A stretch of DNA of 64,000 nucleotides, from NCBI RefSeq assembly GCF_009914755.1, contig NC_060947.1; one strand, given 5' to 3'. The stretch's first letter is position 1, and every line of letters begins with the position of its first letter. The position numbers and the translations under genes are program-made. The DNA is from the human T2T-CHM13v2.0 reference genome, Homo sapiens. Under the pieces are notes generated by a model. That model had not been told where the DNA came from, ran no database searches, and worked only from the letters and a program-made list of their open reading frames with translations. Shown one piece after another: positions 33,695-48,800 of this stretch.

Positions 33695-35342
33695 CAGTTG
33701 ATTTTTTTGAGTGCCAAGATCATTCAATGAGGGAAAGAAGAGTCTTTTCAACAAATGTTGCTGGGAAAACTGAATATCCACATGCAAAAGAATAAAGTTG
33801 CACCCCTTCCTCACACCATACTTAAAAATTAACACAAAGTGAATCAAAGACCCAAACGGAAGAGCTAAAACTACAAAACCCTCAGAAGAAAACATGGAAG
33901 TAAATCTTCTTGATCTTGGTTAGACAATGGTTTCTTGGATATGACAACAAAAGCACAAGCACCAACTGTATAAATAGATAAATTGAACTTCAAAATTAAA
34001 ACCTTTTTCTTTGAAGTTTCAATAAGGTATTTAAGAAAATTATTTCCAAAAGTAAAATCTTTTGTGCTGCAAAAGACACCACCAAAAATGGAGAAACAAC
34101 TCACAGAATGTAATAAGGTATTTGTAAATCATATATCTGATAAGGAACATGTATCTAGAATATACAAAGAATACCTACAACTCAACAATAAAAAAGTCAA
34201 GTAAATCAATTAAAAATGGGCAAAGAGTCTGAATAGACATTTCTTCAAAGAAGATATACAAATGGCCAATATGCACATGCAAAGATGTTTCACATCACTG
34301 GTCAGCAGAGAAATGCAAATAAAAATGACAATGAGATACCACTTCATACCCACTATGATGGCTATTATAAAAAAGATAATAATGTTGGCATGGATGTAGA
34401 TAAATTGGTCCCTCTGACTGGTGGGAATGTAAAATGGTGCAACTGCTTTAGAAAACAGTTTGGTAATTTCTTATAAAGTTAGGTTACCATGTGACCCAGC
34501 AATTCCACTCAGTTGAAAACATATGTCCGCAGAAACACTTGTACATGAATGTTCATAGCAGCATTTTTCACAATAGCCAAAATGTGTTAAAAACCTAAAT
34601 GTTCCTCACATTATGAATAAATAAATAATGTAGCATACCCATACAATGGTATATTATTCCGCTGCAAAAAGGAACGAAGTACACACTATAACATAGGTGA
34701 ACCTTGAAAACATTATGCCAACTAAAAGAAGCCAGACACAAAAGGCCACATATTGCTACAGATCCATTTATAAAATATGTCCATAATAGGCAAATATATA
34801 AAAACAGAAAGTAAATTAGTGGTTACCTAGGATCAGAAATGGTGGGGAGTAACTGCTAATGAGTAATGATTTTCTTTTATCGAGGACAAAAATATTCTAA
34901 AATTAGATTGTGGTGATGGTTGCACAGTCCTGAAAATATACTAAAGAACAATGAACTGTATGCCTTAAATGCCTTATACGAGTGAATTGTATAGTATGCT
35001 AATTACATCTTGATAAAGCTGCTAAAAATAACTGGTCTATACTCTTCAAAAAAGTCAATGCCTTAAAAGACAGACTGAGGAACTATTCTGAGTTAAAGGG
35101 CACTAAAACATTGTGACATCTGAATGCTAAACACAATTTGAGCTTTTCATTTTCTATAAAAACATAATTGTGACAATTGATGAAATTCCAAATTTTGATT
35201 GTAGTACCGTTGTTATGAAAGAGAATTATCTTGTTTTTAGGAAATATACACTATAGTATTGGGGACACTATGTATTTGTTCTCAAATGCTTCAGAAAAAA
35301 AAGGAGAGAAAGAGAGAGAAGCAGAAAGAGACAGAGAAAGAC

Positions 35343-35388
<46 letters not shown>

Positions 35389-35570
35389 GGCAAAATGAAC
35401 ACTGTGTAAGACTATGAATGAGAAAATAGATGGGGGAGAGAAGGATAAAGTAAATGTAAAAAACGTTAACATTTGGGAAATCTGGGGAAGGTGTATACAG
35501 GAGTTCGTTTTACAATTTATTCTTGCAAATTTTCTGTAAGTCCTAAATTATTTCAAAATTAAAAATTAAA
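33695..35570 (+). mobile_element. L1MB/L1ME 3' regions
   Basis: ORF2 end plus 3'UTR ending 'gataaagctgctaaaaa' (about 35028), followed by an L1ME-like 3' tip. Confidence 0.72.
35343..35388. repeat. (AGAT)n microsatellite
   Basis: About 11 perfect units. Confidence 0.95.
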
Positions 35571-36301
35571 GGAAAACCAACTTATATCAACTGTATACAT
35601 TTAGAGTTGTATTTCAGAGACTGTATTTGAATATCTAGAGAAATATTCAGTCTTCTCGACCAAAGTTTAATTGCTTCCCCTCCAGTTGGTCCTCATACCA
35701 TTCAAGTCTCAGGGCAAGTTTCTATATTCAGTATGAAAAAAGTGTTCTGTTCAAGATGCAACAGCTCTCCAAGGAACAATAAAATCTAAGATGTATGTGT
35801 CTTAGCAATTTTGAAATGCACAGTATATTATTATTAACTATAATCACCATGATGTGCAATAGATCTCAAAAAAACCTGTATTTCTCTTACCTGAGACTTT
35901 GTGTCTTTTGACTATCATCTCCCCATTCCCCACAAGCCCCAGCCTGTGTAACCACCATCTACTATCTGATTCCATGAGTTTGATTGTTTTAGATTCCACA
36001 AGTGAAAACATGCGGTATTTGTCTTTCTGTGCCTGGCTTCTTTCACTTAGCATAACTCCAGGTTCATCTATGTTACTGTAAATGACAGCAGTTCCTTCTT
36101 TTTAAAGGCTGAATAGCATTCCATTGTGTATATGTACCACATTTTCTTTAGCCATTTATTCCTTGATGGACACTTAGGCTGATTCTATAACTTGGCAATG
36201 AACATGGGAGTGCAGACATTTCTTTGACAAACTGTCTTCAAATATTTTGGGTAAATACCCAGAAGTGGGATTGATGGATCATATGGTAATTCTGCTTTTA
36301 G

Positions 36302-36596
36302 TTTTTTTTTTTTTTGAGACAGAGTCTCACTCTGTCGCCCAGGCTGGAGTGCAGTGGTGCGATCTTGGCTCATAGAAAGCTCCGCCTCCCGGATTCACGC
36401 CATTCTCCTGCCTCAGCCTCCCCAGCAGCTGGGGCTACAGGCACCCGCCACCACGCCCAGCTAATTTTTTTTATTTTTAGTACAGACAGAGTTTCACCGT
36501 GTTAGCCAGGATGGTCTCTATCTCCTGACGTCGTGATCCGCCCACCTCGGCCTCCCAAAGTGCTGGGATTACAGGTATAAGCCCCCGAGCCCGGCC
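36302..36596 (-). mobile_element. AluY
   Basis: aagctccgcc, cgccattctcc, accgtgttagccaggatgg; TAGTTTTTT on both flanks. Confidence 0.92.
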
Positions 36597-36880
36597 TAGT
36601 TTTTTAAGGAATCCCTATTCAGTTTTCCATAATGGCTGTACTAATTTACATTCCTATCAACAGTATACAAGGGTTCTCTTTTCTTCACATCCTCACCAAT
36701 ACTTGTTAACTTTCATCTTTTGGATAATAGCTATTTTGATGAATATGAGGTTATATTTCACTGTGGTTTTAATTTGGCTTTCCCTAACAATTAGCAATAT
36801 TGAGCATTTTTTCATATCTTTTCTGTTGGCCATTTTTACAAGTCCTTTTGAGAATTGCCTATTCAGGTCCCTTGCCCATT

Positions 36881-38085
<1,205 letters not shown>

Positions 38086-39260
38086 TCTTGTCCATTTTTT
38101 AATTGGGTCATTTGTTTCCTGGCTACTAAGTTGTCTGAGTTCCTTATATATTTTGGATAATAACCCCTTATCGAATGTATGGCTTACACATATTTTCTCC
38201 CAATCTGTAGGTTGTTTCTTCACACTGTTAATTGTTTCCTTTGCTGTGAAGAAAGTTTTTAGTTTGATACAATCCCCTTTGTCCTTTTTTCTTTTGTTGT
38301 CTGCACTTTTGGGGTCAAATCCAAAAAATTACTGCCCAGACCAATGTATTGTAGTTTCCCCCTGTGTTTTTTTCAAGTAATTTTATAGTTTCAGGCTTAC
38401 ATTTAAGTCTTTATTCCATTTTGAGTTGACTTTTATAGCCATGCATGTTTTAAACTAAAGGATATTGGACTAGATGAATTTCTAAGGGTTCCTTTCAATT
38501 CTGAAGTGTTATGATTCTAATATTAAATTTATTGTTGGGAGGATTAATTCCTCTTGAAATATACTTAATAAATCCCTCTCCAAATATGGTACAGTATAAA
38601 ATTAGTCAAAGACATAGACCTTGACCTACAGGGACTTATTTGCCAAGAAAGCTAAGTCACATCTTTGCCACTACAGACTATAGCTTCTACTTATCTACCC
38701 ACTAATTATAAGTAATCACTTTTACATAAATGCAAATTAATGTCCACTCTAGCTTTTCCCTTTCACTGACAAGAACAGCTGAGGCTCAGACAACCTAAAT
38801 GACCCCCAAGCCTGTCAGCACTAAAGCTGAAGTAAATACTAGTTTGCATATTTCATATCTAGTTCTTGTGAAGGGTCAGATGCACCAACCTCTACCAGCA
38901 AGTTGCTTGATAAATCAACAAGGGAGGTAGGCCTGAAACATGTAACAAGAGAATCTGGCTGCTGAAGGGTACAGTCAGTCCTGATTTCCACCTCACTACC
39001 ACCTTCTAATTCCCACAGCTAAAGTCAAGCTCCAGCAGGTGGGCCCAACTCCATTCCAGTTGTTGGGTCATTTCATCCCCTAGGTAGGGTAAATAAGTAT
39101 TCTTGGACTGAGAACTCAGAAGCATAGAACCAAAACAGATATAGTATTCCTCTGATCTACCATGATGCCTTAGTTTCATTGCCCAGGTTCTTGCCTAGTT
39201 GATTCCAACTGGACAGGTACTTAAGATAGACTTTCTTATCAAGACTAATTTTGAAACAGG

Positions 39261-39463
39261 CAGTAATATGCTGGTAAATGTTTAACAACAAGCCTGATGG
39301 GTGGGGAGCCCTTATTTGTTAGCTTTGCTGATTTCCATGGATTAAACAATTCCACCATGGTCAATTTCAAGCTACCAATCACTAAACATGAACTTGAAGT
39401 TGGGAAGAGATGTGTACAATTAGTTGTCAAAAGCCAATGCAAACCAATTCTAGTACACCACTG
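39261..39463 (-). mobile_element. MER63A-like hAT DNA transposon (MITE)
   Basis: Imperfect TIRs CAGTAATATGCTGG / CTAGTACACCACTG; internal 'ccaccatggtcaatttcaagctaccaa', 'gttgggaagagatgtg'. Confidence 0.8.
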
Positions 39464-42400
39464 GATATAGAGCAGAAACAAATCAGAAAAGACCCCTCTC
39501 CAACCCACCCCATCCCTGTGAGAAAGAAAAGTGATTCCCAAGATATTTTTGTCTTGTTGCCTTCATGGGTGGAGAGCACAGGAGCCAGATGAAAACAGAT
39601 ATCCCATAAAATTGGTGCATATAGTTTCCTAATTATGTAGTGGAAAAAATAGCATGCCCCATACCACATCAATAAGGAGTTAAGAAGAGAGAAAGCAAAC
39701 TACAAAGATAATGGAAACAAGGGATGAAGATGGGTCTAAATTACTGGCATCTTTCAGCATGGAGTAGAGAAAGAAGGTGGATGGGTGGGTTTGTAGAGAG
39801 AAAAATCATTATTTAATTGGAAAGGCTGTTCATTTGTTTAGGAAGAGACAAAAGGAAAAGAGGAGGGAGTATGATGAGCGAATAATCTCCAAGGGGAATT
39901 GGAAAAGAAAACAGGGCTTAAACTGCAGTGGAAGGTATTTGGAGTATTATGTTTGAATACATGATACAGCAGTTGTAGGAATACACACTACATAAAGTTC
40001 CAAGTACTACAACACTTCAAAGACTCCAACTCTATTGCTGTGCTACAGGTATCCAGTAAAAGTTAAAATATTCATGCTTATTATCATATAATTAACCATA
40101 AAATTGATCAACCTATCCAAGGTTTCAATAAGAAAAAAGTGGAAGTCTAGGTTGGTGTTGTCATAAAATGAATGTTACCAACTTGCTGTGCAATCTCAGG
40201 TCAGTCCCTTGCTTCTTGGCATAGGATGCCTTCTCAAAAATAGCAGACTTTAAGCAATAGGAATATGCTGTATCTTATTGATAAAATAGCCTATGATAGC
40301 TTCTGGTTTTAGTGGTCTTCTTGCCTACCAGGCAACCGTGAAACAACAAATTAAGTTGAAATCACTCAGGGCAACAAGTCACTGCTTGAAAGCAGTGTTA
40401 CTTTGAGGTTTTGTCATCCTAGCCTTAAAAAAGCAAAGAAAATTTCATTTTCACTACAGCCTCTGAAATCTTCCCTTATCTAATCTCTTCTTTGCTCATT
40501 TGTGCTACGGAATCAGCAGTCAACAAACCTTATTAGGGGCCACATTTACTGCTTTGCATCTAAAACTAAAGCACTCATGACCGACAACACCTGCACATGC
40601 TGGGAATACACCTTGCACAGTTATCTAGAAAAGGCGATACATAATAGGTCTAAGCAGGACAAATTAATTTTCCTCCATTCTTCTACACATTCCAAGTTTT
40701 TAAATTTTTAAAATTTTTGTGGGTACATAGTAGGTACATATGTTTATGGGGTACATGAGATATTTTAATACATGCATGCAATGAATAATAATCACATAAT
40801 GGTAAATGGGGTATCCATCCACTCAAGCATTTATCCTTTGTGTTACAAACAATCCAATTATACTCTTAGTTATTTTTAAATGTGCAATTATGTCCATGAG
40901 TTTAATCGTTTTGATTATTAGATCCCACAAACAAGTGACAGAACATGTGATGTTTGTATTTCTGTGCTTGGTTGATTTCACTTAACAAAATGACCTCCAA
41001 TTCCATCTACGTTGTTGCAAATGGCAGGATCTTATTCTTCTTTATGGTTGAATAGTACTTCATGGTGTATATGTACCATATTTTCTTTCTCCATTCATCT
41101 GTTGATAGACACTTAGGTTGCTTCCAAATCTTGGCTATTGTGAACAGTGCTGCAACAAACGTGGGAGTGCAGATATCACTTTGATATACTGATTTCCTTT
41201 CTTTAGGGTATATACCCAGCAGTGGAATTGCTGGATCATATCATAGCCCTATTTGCATTTTTTTGAGGAACCTCCAAACTGTTCTCCACAGTGCTTGCAC
41301 TAATTTACATTCCCACAACAGTGTAGGAGAGTTCCCTTTTCTCCACATTCTTACCAGCATTTGTTATTGCCTGTCTTTTGGATAAAAGCCATTTTAACTG
41401 GGGTGAGATGATATCTTCTCATTGTACCTTTGATCATCTCTGATGATCAATAATGTTGAGCACCTTTTCATATTCCTGTTTGCCATTTATATTTCTTCTT
41501 TTTGGAAATGTCTGTTCAAATCTTCTGTCAGTTTTTAAATCTGATTATTAGATTTTTTTTCCTATGGAGTTGTTTGAGCTTCTTATTCTGGTTATTGATC
41601 CCTTGTCAGATGGGTAGTTTGCAAATATTTTTTCCTAATCCGTGAGTTGTCTCTTCACTTTGTTGATTGTTTCCTTTGCTGTACAGAATCTTTTTAACTT
41701 GATATGATCCCATTTGTCCACTTTTGCTTTGGTTGCCTATGCTTGTGGAGTATTACTCAAGAAATTTTTGCCCAGACCAATGTCCTGGAGAGTTTCTCCA
41801 ATGTTTTCTTGTAGTAGTTTCATAGTTTGAGGTCTAAGATTTAAGTCTTTAATCCATTTTGATTTCATTTTAGTATATGGCAAGAGATGGGGATCAAGTT
41901 TCATTCTTCTGCATATGGATATCCAGTTTTCCCAGCACCATTCATTGAAAAGACAGTCCTTTCTCCATTGTATGTTCTTGGCATCTTTGTCGAACACGAG
42001 CTCATCATAGGTGTATGGATTTATTTCTGGGTTCTCTATTCTGTTCCATTGATCAATGTGTCTGTTTTCATGCCAGTACCTTGCTGTTTTGGTTACCATA
42101 GCTCTATAGTATAACTTGAAGAACTCAGGTAATGTGATTCCTTCAGTTTTGTCCTTTATGCTCCAGATAGCCTTGGCAATTCTGAGACTTTTGTGGTTCC
42201 AAATAAACTTTAGGTTTTAAAAAAAAATTATGTGAAAAATGTCACTGGTATTTTGATAAGGATTGCATTGAATCTACAGATTGCTTTGGGTACTACAAAC
42301 ATTTTAACAATATTGATTCTTCCAATCCATGAACATGGAATATCTTTCCATTTTTTGGTGTCCTCTTCAATTTCTTTCATCAGCATTTTGTACTTTTCAT

Positions 42401-42784
42401 TGTAGAGATCTTTCACTTCTTTGGTTAAATTAATTCCTAGGTATTTGATTTTATTGGTGGCTATTATGAAAGAGATTACTTTTTTATTCCTTTTTCAGAT
42501 TATTCACTCTTGGTATATAGAAATGCTACTGATTTTTGTATGTTGATTTGGTATCATCCAACTTTACTGAATTTGTTTATCAGTTCTAATAGTTTTTTGG
42601 TGGCATCGTTGTTTTTTTTCAAATGTAAGATTATATCATCTGCAAACAAGGATACTTTGACTTCTTCCTTTCCAATTTGAATGCCTTTAATACCTTTCTC
42701 TAGCTAGGACTTCCACTAGTATGTTAAATAATAGTGGAGACAGTCAGCATCCTTGTTTTTTCCAATCTTGAAGGAAAGACTTTC

Positions 42785-43348
42785 TTTTTTTTTATGCCTT
42801 CAACTTTTATATATTTTTCCAAATTTCCCATAATGAACATTTTTTAAAATTATTATTATACTTTAAGTTTTAGGGTACATGTGCACAATGTGCAGGTTTG
42901 TTACATATGTATACATGTGCCATGTTGGTGTGCTGTACCCATTAACTCGTCATTTAGCATTACGTATATCTCCTAATGCTATCCCGCCCCCCTCCCCCAA
43001 CCCCACAACAGTCCCCGGAGTGTGATGTCCCCCTTCCTGTGTCCATGTGTTCTCATTGTTCAATTCCCACCTATGAGTGAGAACATGCGGTGTTTGGTTT
43101 TTTGTCCTTGCGATAGTTTGCTGAGAATGATGGTTTCCAGTTTCATCCATGTCCCTACAAAGGACATGAACTCTTCATTTTTTATGGCTGCATAGTATTC
43201 CATGGTGTATATGTGCCAAATTTTCTTAATCCAGTCTATCGTTGTTGGACATTTGGGTTGGTTCCAAGTCTTTGCTATTGTGAATAGTGCCGCAATAAAC
43301 ATACGTGTGCATGTGTCTTTATAGCAGCATGATTTATAATCCTTTGGG
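42785..43348 (-). mobile_element. Nested 5'-truncated L1PA4-like carrying extra 3' sequence
   Basis: 3'UTR 'gctaaatgacgagttaatggg'; TSD TGAAGGAAAGACTTTC 42769-42784/43349-43364. Confidence 0.92.
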
Positions 43349-45514
43349 TGAAGGAAAGACTTTCAGTTTTATCCCATTCATTATAATACTAGCTGTGGTC
43401 TGTCATATATGGCTTTTATTTTATCAAGATATGTTCCTTCTATCCCTAGTTTTTTGAGAATTTTTATCATGAAGGAATTTCAAATTTTAGCAAATGCTTT
43501 TTCAGTATCAACTGAAATGATCACACGGTTTTTGTGCTACACTCCATTCATATGATGTATCATATTGATTTGTGTATGCTGTACCATCCTTGTATCCCTG
43601 GGATAAATCCCACTTGGTCACAATGAATGATCATACTAATGTATTGTTGAATTCAGTTTGCTAGTATTTTAATGAGGACTTTTACAGCAATATTCATCAG
43701 AGATATTGGCCTGTAGTTTTCTTTTTCTGTTGTGTCTTTGTTTGTTTTGGTTATTAGAGTAATACCGCCCTCACAGAATGAGTTTCCCTCCTGCTCTTTT
43801 TTTCCAGATAGTTTGAGTAGGATTGGTATTAGTTCCTCTTTAAATACTTGGAATAATTCCCCAGTGAAGCCATCAGTTCCTGGGCTTTTCTTTACTAAGA
43901 GACTTTTATTATGGTTTTGATCTCATTACTTGTAATTGGTCTGTTCAGGTTTTGAATTTTTTCCTGGTTCAAACATGGTAGGTTGTATGTGTCTCAAAAT
44001 TTATTTATTTCTTCTACATTTTTCAGTTTATTAGCATATAGTTGCTGATAGTAGCCACTGGTGATCCTTTACATTCCCGTGGTATCAGTTATATGTCTCC
44101 ATTTTCATCTCTGATTTTATTTATTTGGACTTTCTCTCTTTTTTTATTAGTTAGTCTGGGTTACAGTTTGTCAATTTTATCTTCTCAAAACAAAACAAAA
44201 TGAAAACAAAATAAAAAAAACCAAGGTTTGGTTTCATTGATTTTTTGTATTGTTTTCTTCATTTTCATTTATCTTTGCTCCGATCATTATTTCTTTCCTT
44301 CTAATTCTGGGTTTGGTTTGCTCTTGCTTTTTTAATTCTTTAAGATGCATTGGTAGGTTGTTTATTTGAAGTTCTTTTTCTTTTTTGAGGTAGTCACTTA
44401 TAGCTATAAGCTTCCCTCTGAGTACTGTTTTCATTGTGTCCCACATGTTTTTGTATGCTGTGTTTCCATTATCATTGGCTTCAAGAAAATTTCCAATTTC
44501 CTTCTTAATTTTTTCACTGACTCACTGGTCATTAGGAAGAACATTGTTTAGTTTCCATGTGTTTGTATAGTTTCCAAAATTCGTTTTGTTCTTAATTTTT
44601 TGTTTTATTCCATTGTATGAGAGAAGATGCTTGACATTATTTTAATTTTTTGAATGCTTTAAGAGTTGTTTTGTGACCTAACATATGGTCTATCCCTGAG
44701 AATGATCCATGTGCTGAGAAGAATATGTATTCTGCAGCCTTTGGATGAAATGTTCTGTAAATATCTATTAGGTCCATTTGTTCTATAGAGAAGATTAAGT
44801 TCCATGTTTCTTTGTTGATTGTCTGGAACATCTGCCTAATGCTGAAAGTAGAGTGTTGAAGTCTCCAGCTATTACTGTATTGAGGTCTATCTCTCTCTTT
44901 AGCTCTAATAATATTTGCTTTATATATGTGTGTTCCAGTGTTTGTTGCATATATATTTACAATCGTTCTATCCTGTCACTGGATTGAACCCTTTATCATT
45001 ATATAATGATGTTCTTTGTGTCTTCTTAGAGTGTTTATAGCTATTCCTGCTCCTTTTTTGTTTCCATTGGCATGAAATATCTTTTTTCATCCCTTTATTT
45101 TCAGTCCATGTATATCTTTATAGTTGAAATGTGTTTCTTGTAGGCAATGGATCATGGGGTCTTGTATTTTCATCCATTCAGCTATTTTATATCTTTTGAT
45201 TGGACAGTTTAGTCCATTTACATTCACTGGTATTATTCATAAGTAGTGATTTATTTCTGTCATTTGTTTCTTGATTTCCAGTTGTTTTGTGGTCTTCTCT
45301 TCCTACTTCCCTTCCTTTCCTTTTAGTAAAGGTGATTTTCTCTGGTGGTATGATTTAATTGTTTGCCTTTTATTTTGTGTGATCCATTGCATGTTTTTTG
45401 ATTTGAGGTTACTGAGAGGCTTGCAAATACGATTTTATAACTCATTGTTTTCAACTGATAACAACTTAACACTGATTACGTAAACAAACAAACACACAAA
45501 AAGAAAACTAATAA

Positions 45515-45845
<331 letters not shown>

Positions 45846-48800
45846 TCATCCTTTCCACTTTTTAACTTTTTGTTGTTTCTCTTTGTGTCTTGTTGTATTG
45901 TCTATGTCTTGAAAAGTTGTTGTAGTGTAGATATTATTTTTGATTGGTTCATCATTTCATCTTTCTACTTATGATAAGGGTAGTTAAAATACCATAATTA
46001 TATCATTATAATATTCTGTGTTTTTCTGTGTACTTATTATTACCAGTGAGTTTTGTACCTTCAGACAACTTCTTTTTGCTCATTGACATCCTTTTATTTC
46101 AGATTGAAGAATTCCCTGTAGCATTTGTTGTAGGACAGGTCTGGTGTTGAAATGCCCAGCTTTTGTTTCTCTGGGAAGGTCTTTATTTCTGCTTCATGCT
46201 TGAAGGATATTTTCACCAGAAATACTCTTCTAGGGTAAAATATGTTTCCTTTAGCCCTTTAAATATGTCATGCCACTCTCTCCTGGCCTGTAAGGTTTCC
46301 ACTGAAAAGACTGCTGCCACAGGTATTGGAGTTCCATAGTATGTTATGTTGTTTCTTTTCTCTTGCTGCTTTTAGGATCCTTTCTTTATCCTTGACCTTT
46401 AGGAGGTTTGATTATTAGATGCCTTGAGGTAGTCTTCTTTGGGTTAAAGCTGCTTAGTGTTCTATAACCTTGTACCTGAATGCTGATATATTTCCGTAGG
46501 TTTGGGAAGTTCTTTGATATTATCCCCCTGAATAAAATTTCTACCTCTATCTGTTTCTCTATCCCCCATCTAAATGCAATAGCTCTTAGATTTGCCCTGT
46601 TGAGGCTGTTTTCTAGATATTGTAGGTGTGCTTCATTGTTTTTCATTCTTTTTTCTTTCGTCTACTGTGTATTGTCAAATAGTCTGTCTTCAAGCTCACT
46701 AATTCTTTCTTGTGCTCGATCAGTTCTGCTAAGAGACTCTGATGCATTCATTCTTCAGTACGTCAATTTCATTTTCAACTCTAGAATTTCTGCTTGATTC
46801 TTTTTAATTATTTTAATCTCTTTGTTAAGTTTATCTGACAGAATTCTGAATTCCTTCCCTGTGTTACCTTGAATTTCTTTAAGTTTCCTCAAAACAGCTA
46901 TTCTGAATTCTGTCTGAAAGGTCACATATCGCTGTTTCTTTAGGATAGGTCCTGGTGCCTTATTTAGTTCGTTTGATGAGCTCATGTTTTCCTGGATGAT
47001 CTTGCTGCTTGTAGATGTTCACCGGTGTCTGAACATTGATGAGTTAGGTATTTATTGTAGTCTTCACAGTCTGGGCTTATTTGCTTCTGCCTTTCTTGAG
47101 GAGGCTTTACAAGTATTTTAAGAGACTGGACCCCAAGCCCAATATTTCTGTGGTTTTTGCAGACTCATAAGAGGTACCACCTTGGTGGTCTTAAATAAAA
47201 TCTGGAAGAATTTTCTGGATGACCAGAAAGGAACTCTTGTTTTTTTTTGTCCCTACTTTCTCACAAACAGTCTCTGTCTCTGAGCTGAGCTGTCTGGAGG
47301 TGGGGGTATGGTGATGGAAGCACTCCTGTGGCCACCATCCCTGAGACTGCACTTGTTCATACCTGAAGCCAGCACAACACTGGATCTTACCCAAGGTCTG
47401 CTGAAACCACTACCTGGCTACCACCCACATTTACTCAAGTCCTTGGGCTCTACAACCAGCAGGTGGCAAAGTCAGACTGTTTGGTGTCCTTCCCTTCAGG
47501 GTGACAAGTTCCTCCATGCCACAAGCTGGTCAGGAGATGTTGTCTGGGTGCCAGGGATTGGAGTTAAAAAAACATCAGAAATTAGCCTGATGTTCTATCC
47601 TACTAAATAGATAAGTGGCTAAGCTGGTGCTAAAACCATGACATGCAGTCTTTCCCACTCTTTCTTCTTCTTTCCACAGGCAGAGAGGCCTCTCCCTGTC
47701 ACCATCACCACCACTTGCCCATGGTGGGGGAAGGAGGAGGGCGGGCTTCTGCCTGGCCACTGCCAATGTTCCCTTAAAGCCTAAGGCCTCTTCAGTTAGC
47801 TTGTGCTGAATACTGCCAGGCCTGTGACTCACCCTTCAGGGCTATGGTCTGACCCAGGGCAGGTCCAGAAATGCCATCCAGGAGCCTAGGCCTAGACTCA
47901 GGGAACCCAAGAGCCTGCTTGTTGCTCTACCCCACTTTGGTCAAGTTGGTACCTAAGGTGCAAGACGAAGTCCCCTTTACTTTTCTGTCTGCTTTTCTCA
48001 TACAGAAGGAGTTGTTTACTGTAGACAACACAGCTGGGAATGTGCTGGATCACATCTGTGGTCAGAACGTCTTAGAACCCAAAGCCCACAGCATACTACT
48101 AGGGTATTGGTGCTGGTTATTCAGGTCCCAAGAGCTCTTTAGTTAGCAGGTGATGAATCCTGCCAGGAGTGAGTCCTTCCCTCAAGGCAGCAGTTTCTCT
48201 TTTGGACCAAGGTATAGCTAGAAATGTTGTCCAGGACCTAGGCCCTGGAATAAGGGCCTCACGACTCTGCCTGGTACCCTACCCTATTGTGGCTTAGCTG
48301 GTATCCAAGATGCAAGACGAAGTCCTCTTTCATCTTTGTTTTCCTCCCCTTAAGCAGAAGGAAGGAGACAATTTCGTTGCTGTGAACTGCATTGCCTGGG
48401 GTTGGGGGGAGGCATGGGGCAAGCACTCCTTTAGCTGCCCTGGCTGGTGTCTCCCTAGGTCACGTGCCACCCTAGTCCTCTGGCTCTGAGCCTAGCCCAG
48501 CACTAAGGGCCACCTGGAAATTGCAGTCACTGTGTCCTAGACTGCCTTTCAAGTTTACCTAGGACCCCAGAGCTCTTTTGCCTGTGGTGGTGAGGCTTGC
48601 TGAGAGAGTGGAGTTCTGACTGATGGGATGGATGATTGATCCCTCTCTGGCTAGGGCTGCTGCAAATGCCCCCTCTGTGCACAGGTGCTGACTGAGCCCA
48701 GCATGGCTTTTTTCTCCACTGTGACAGTGTAGCACTGAAATCAATATAATGTCCCCAGTCACTTCACTCTCCCTCCTGAAAGTGCACAGACACTCTGTGC

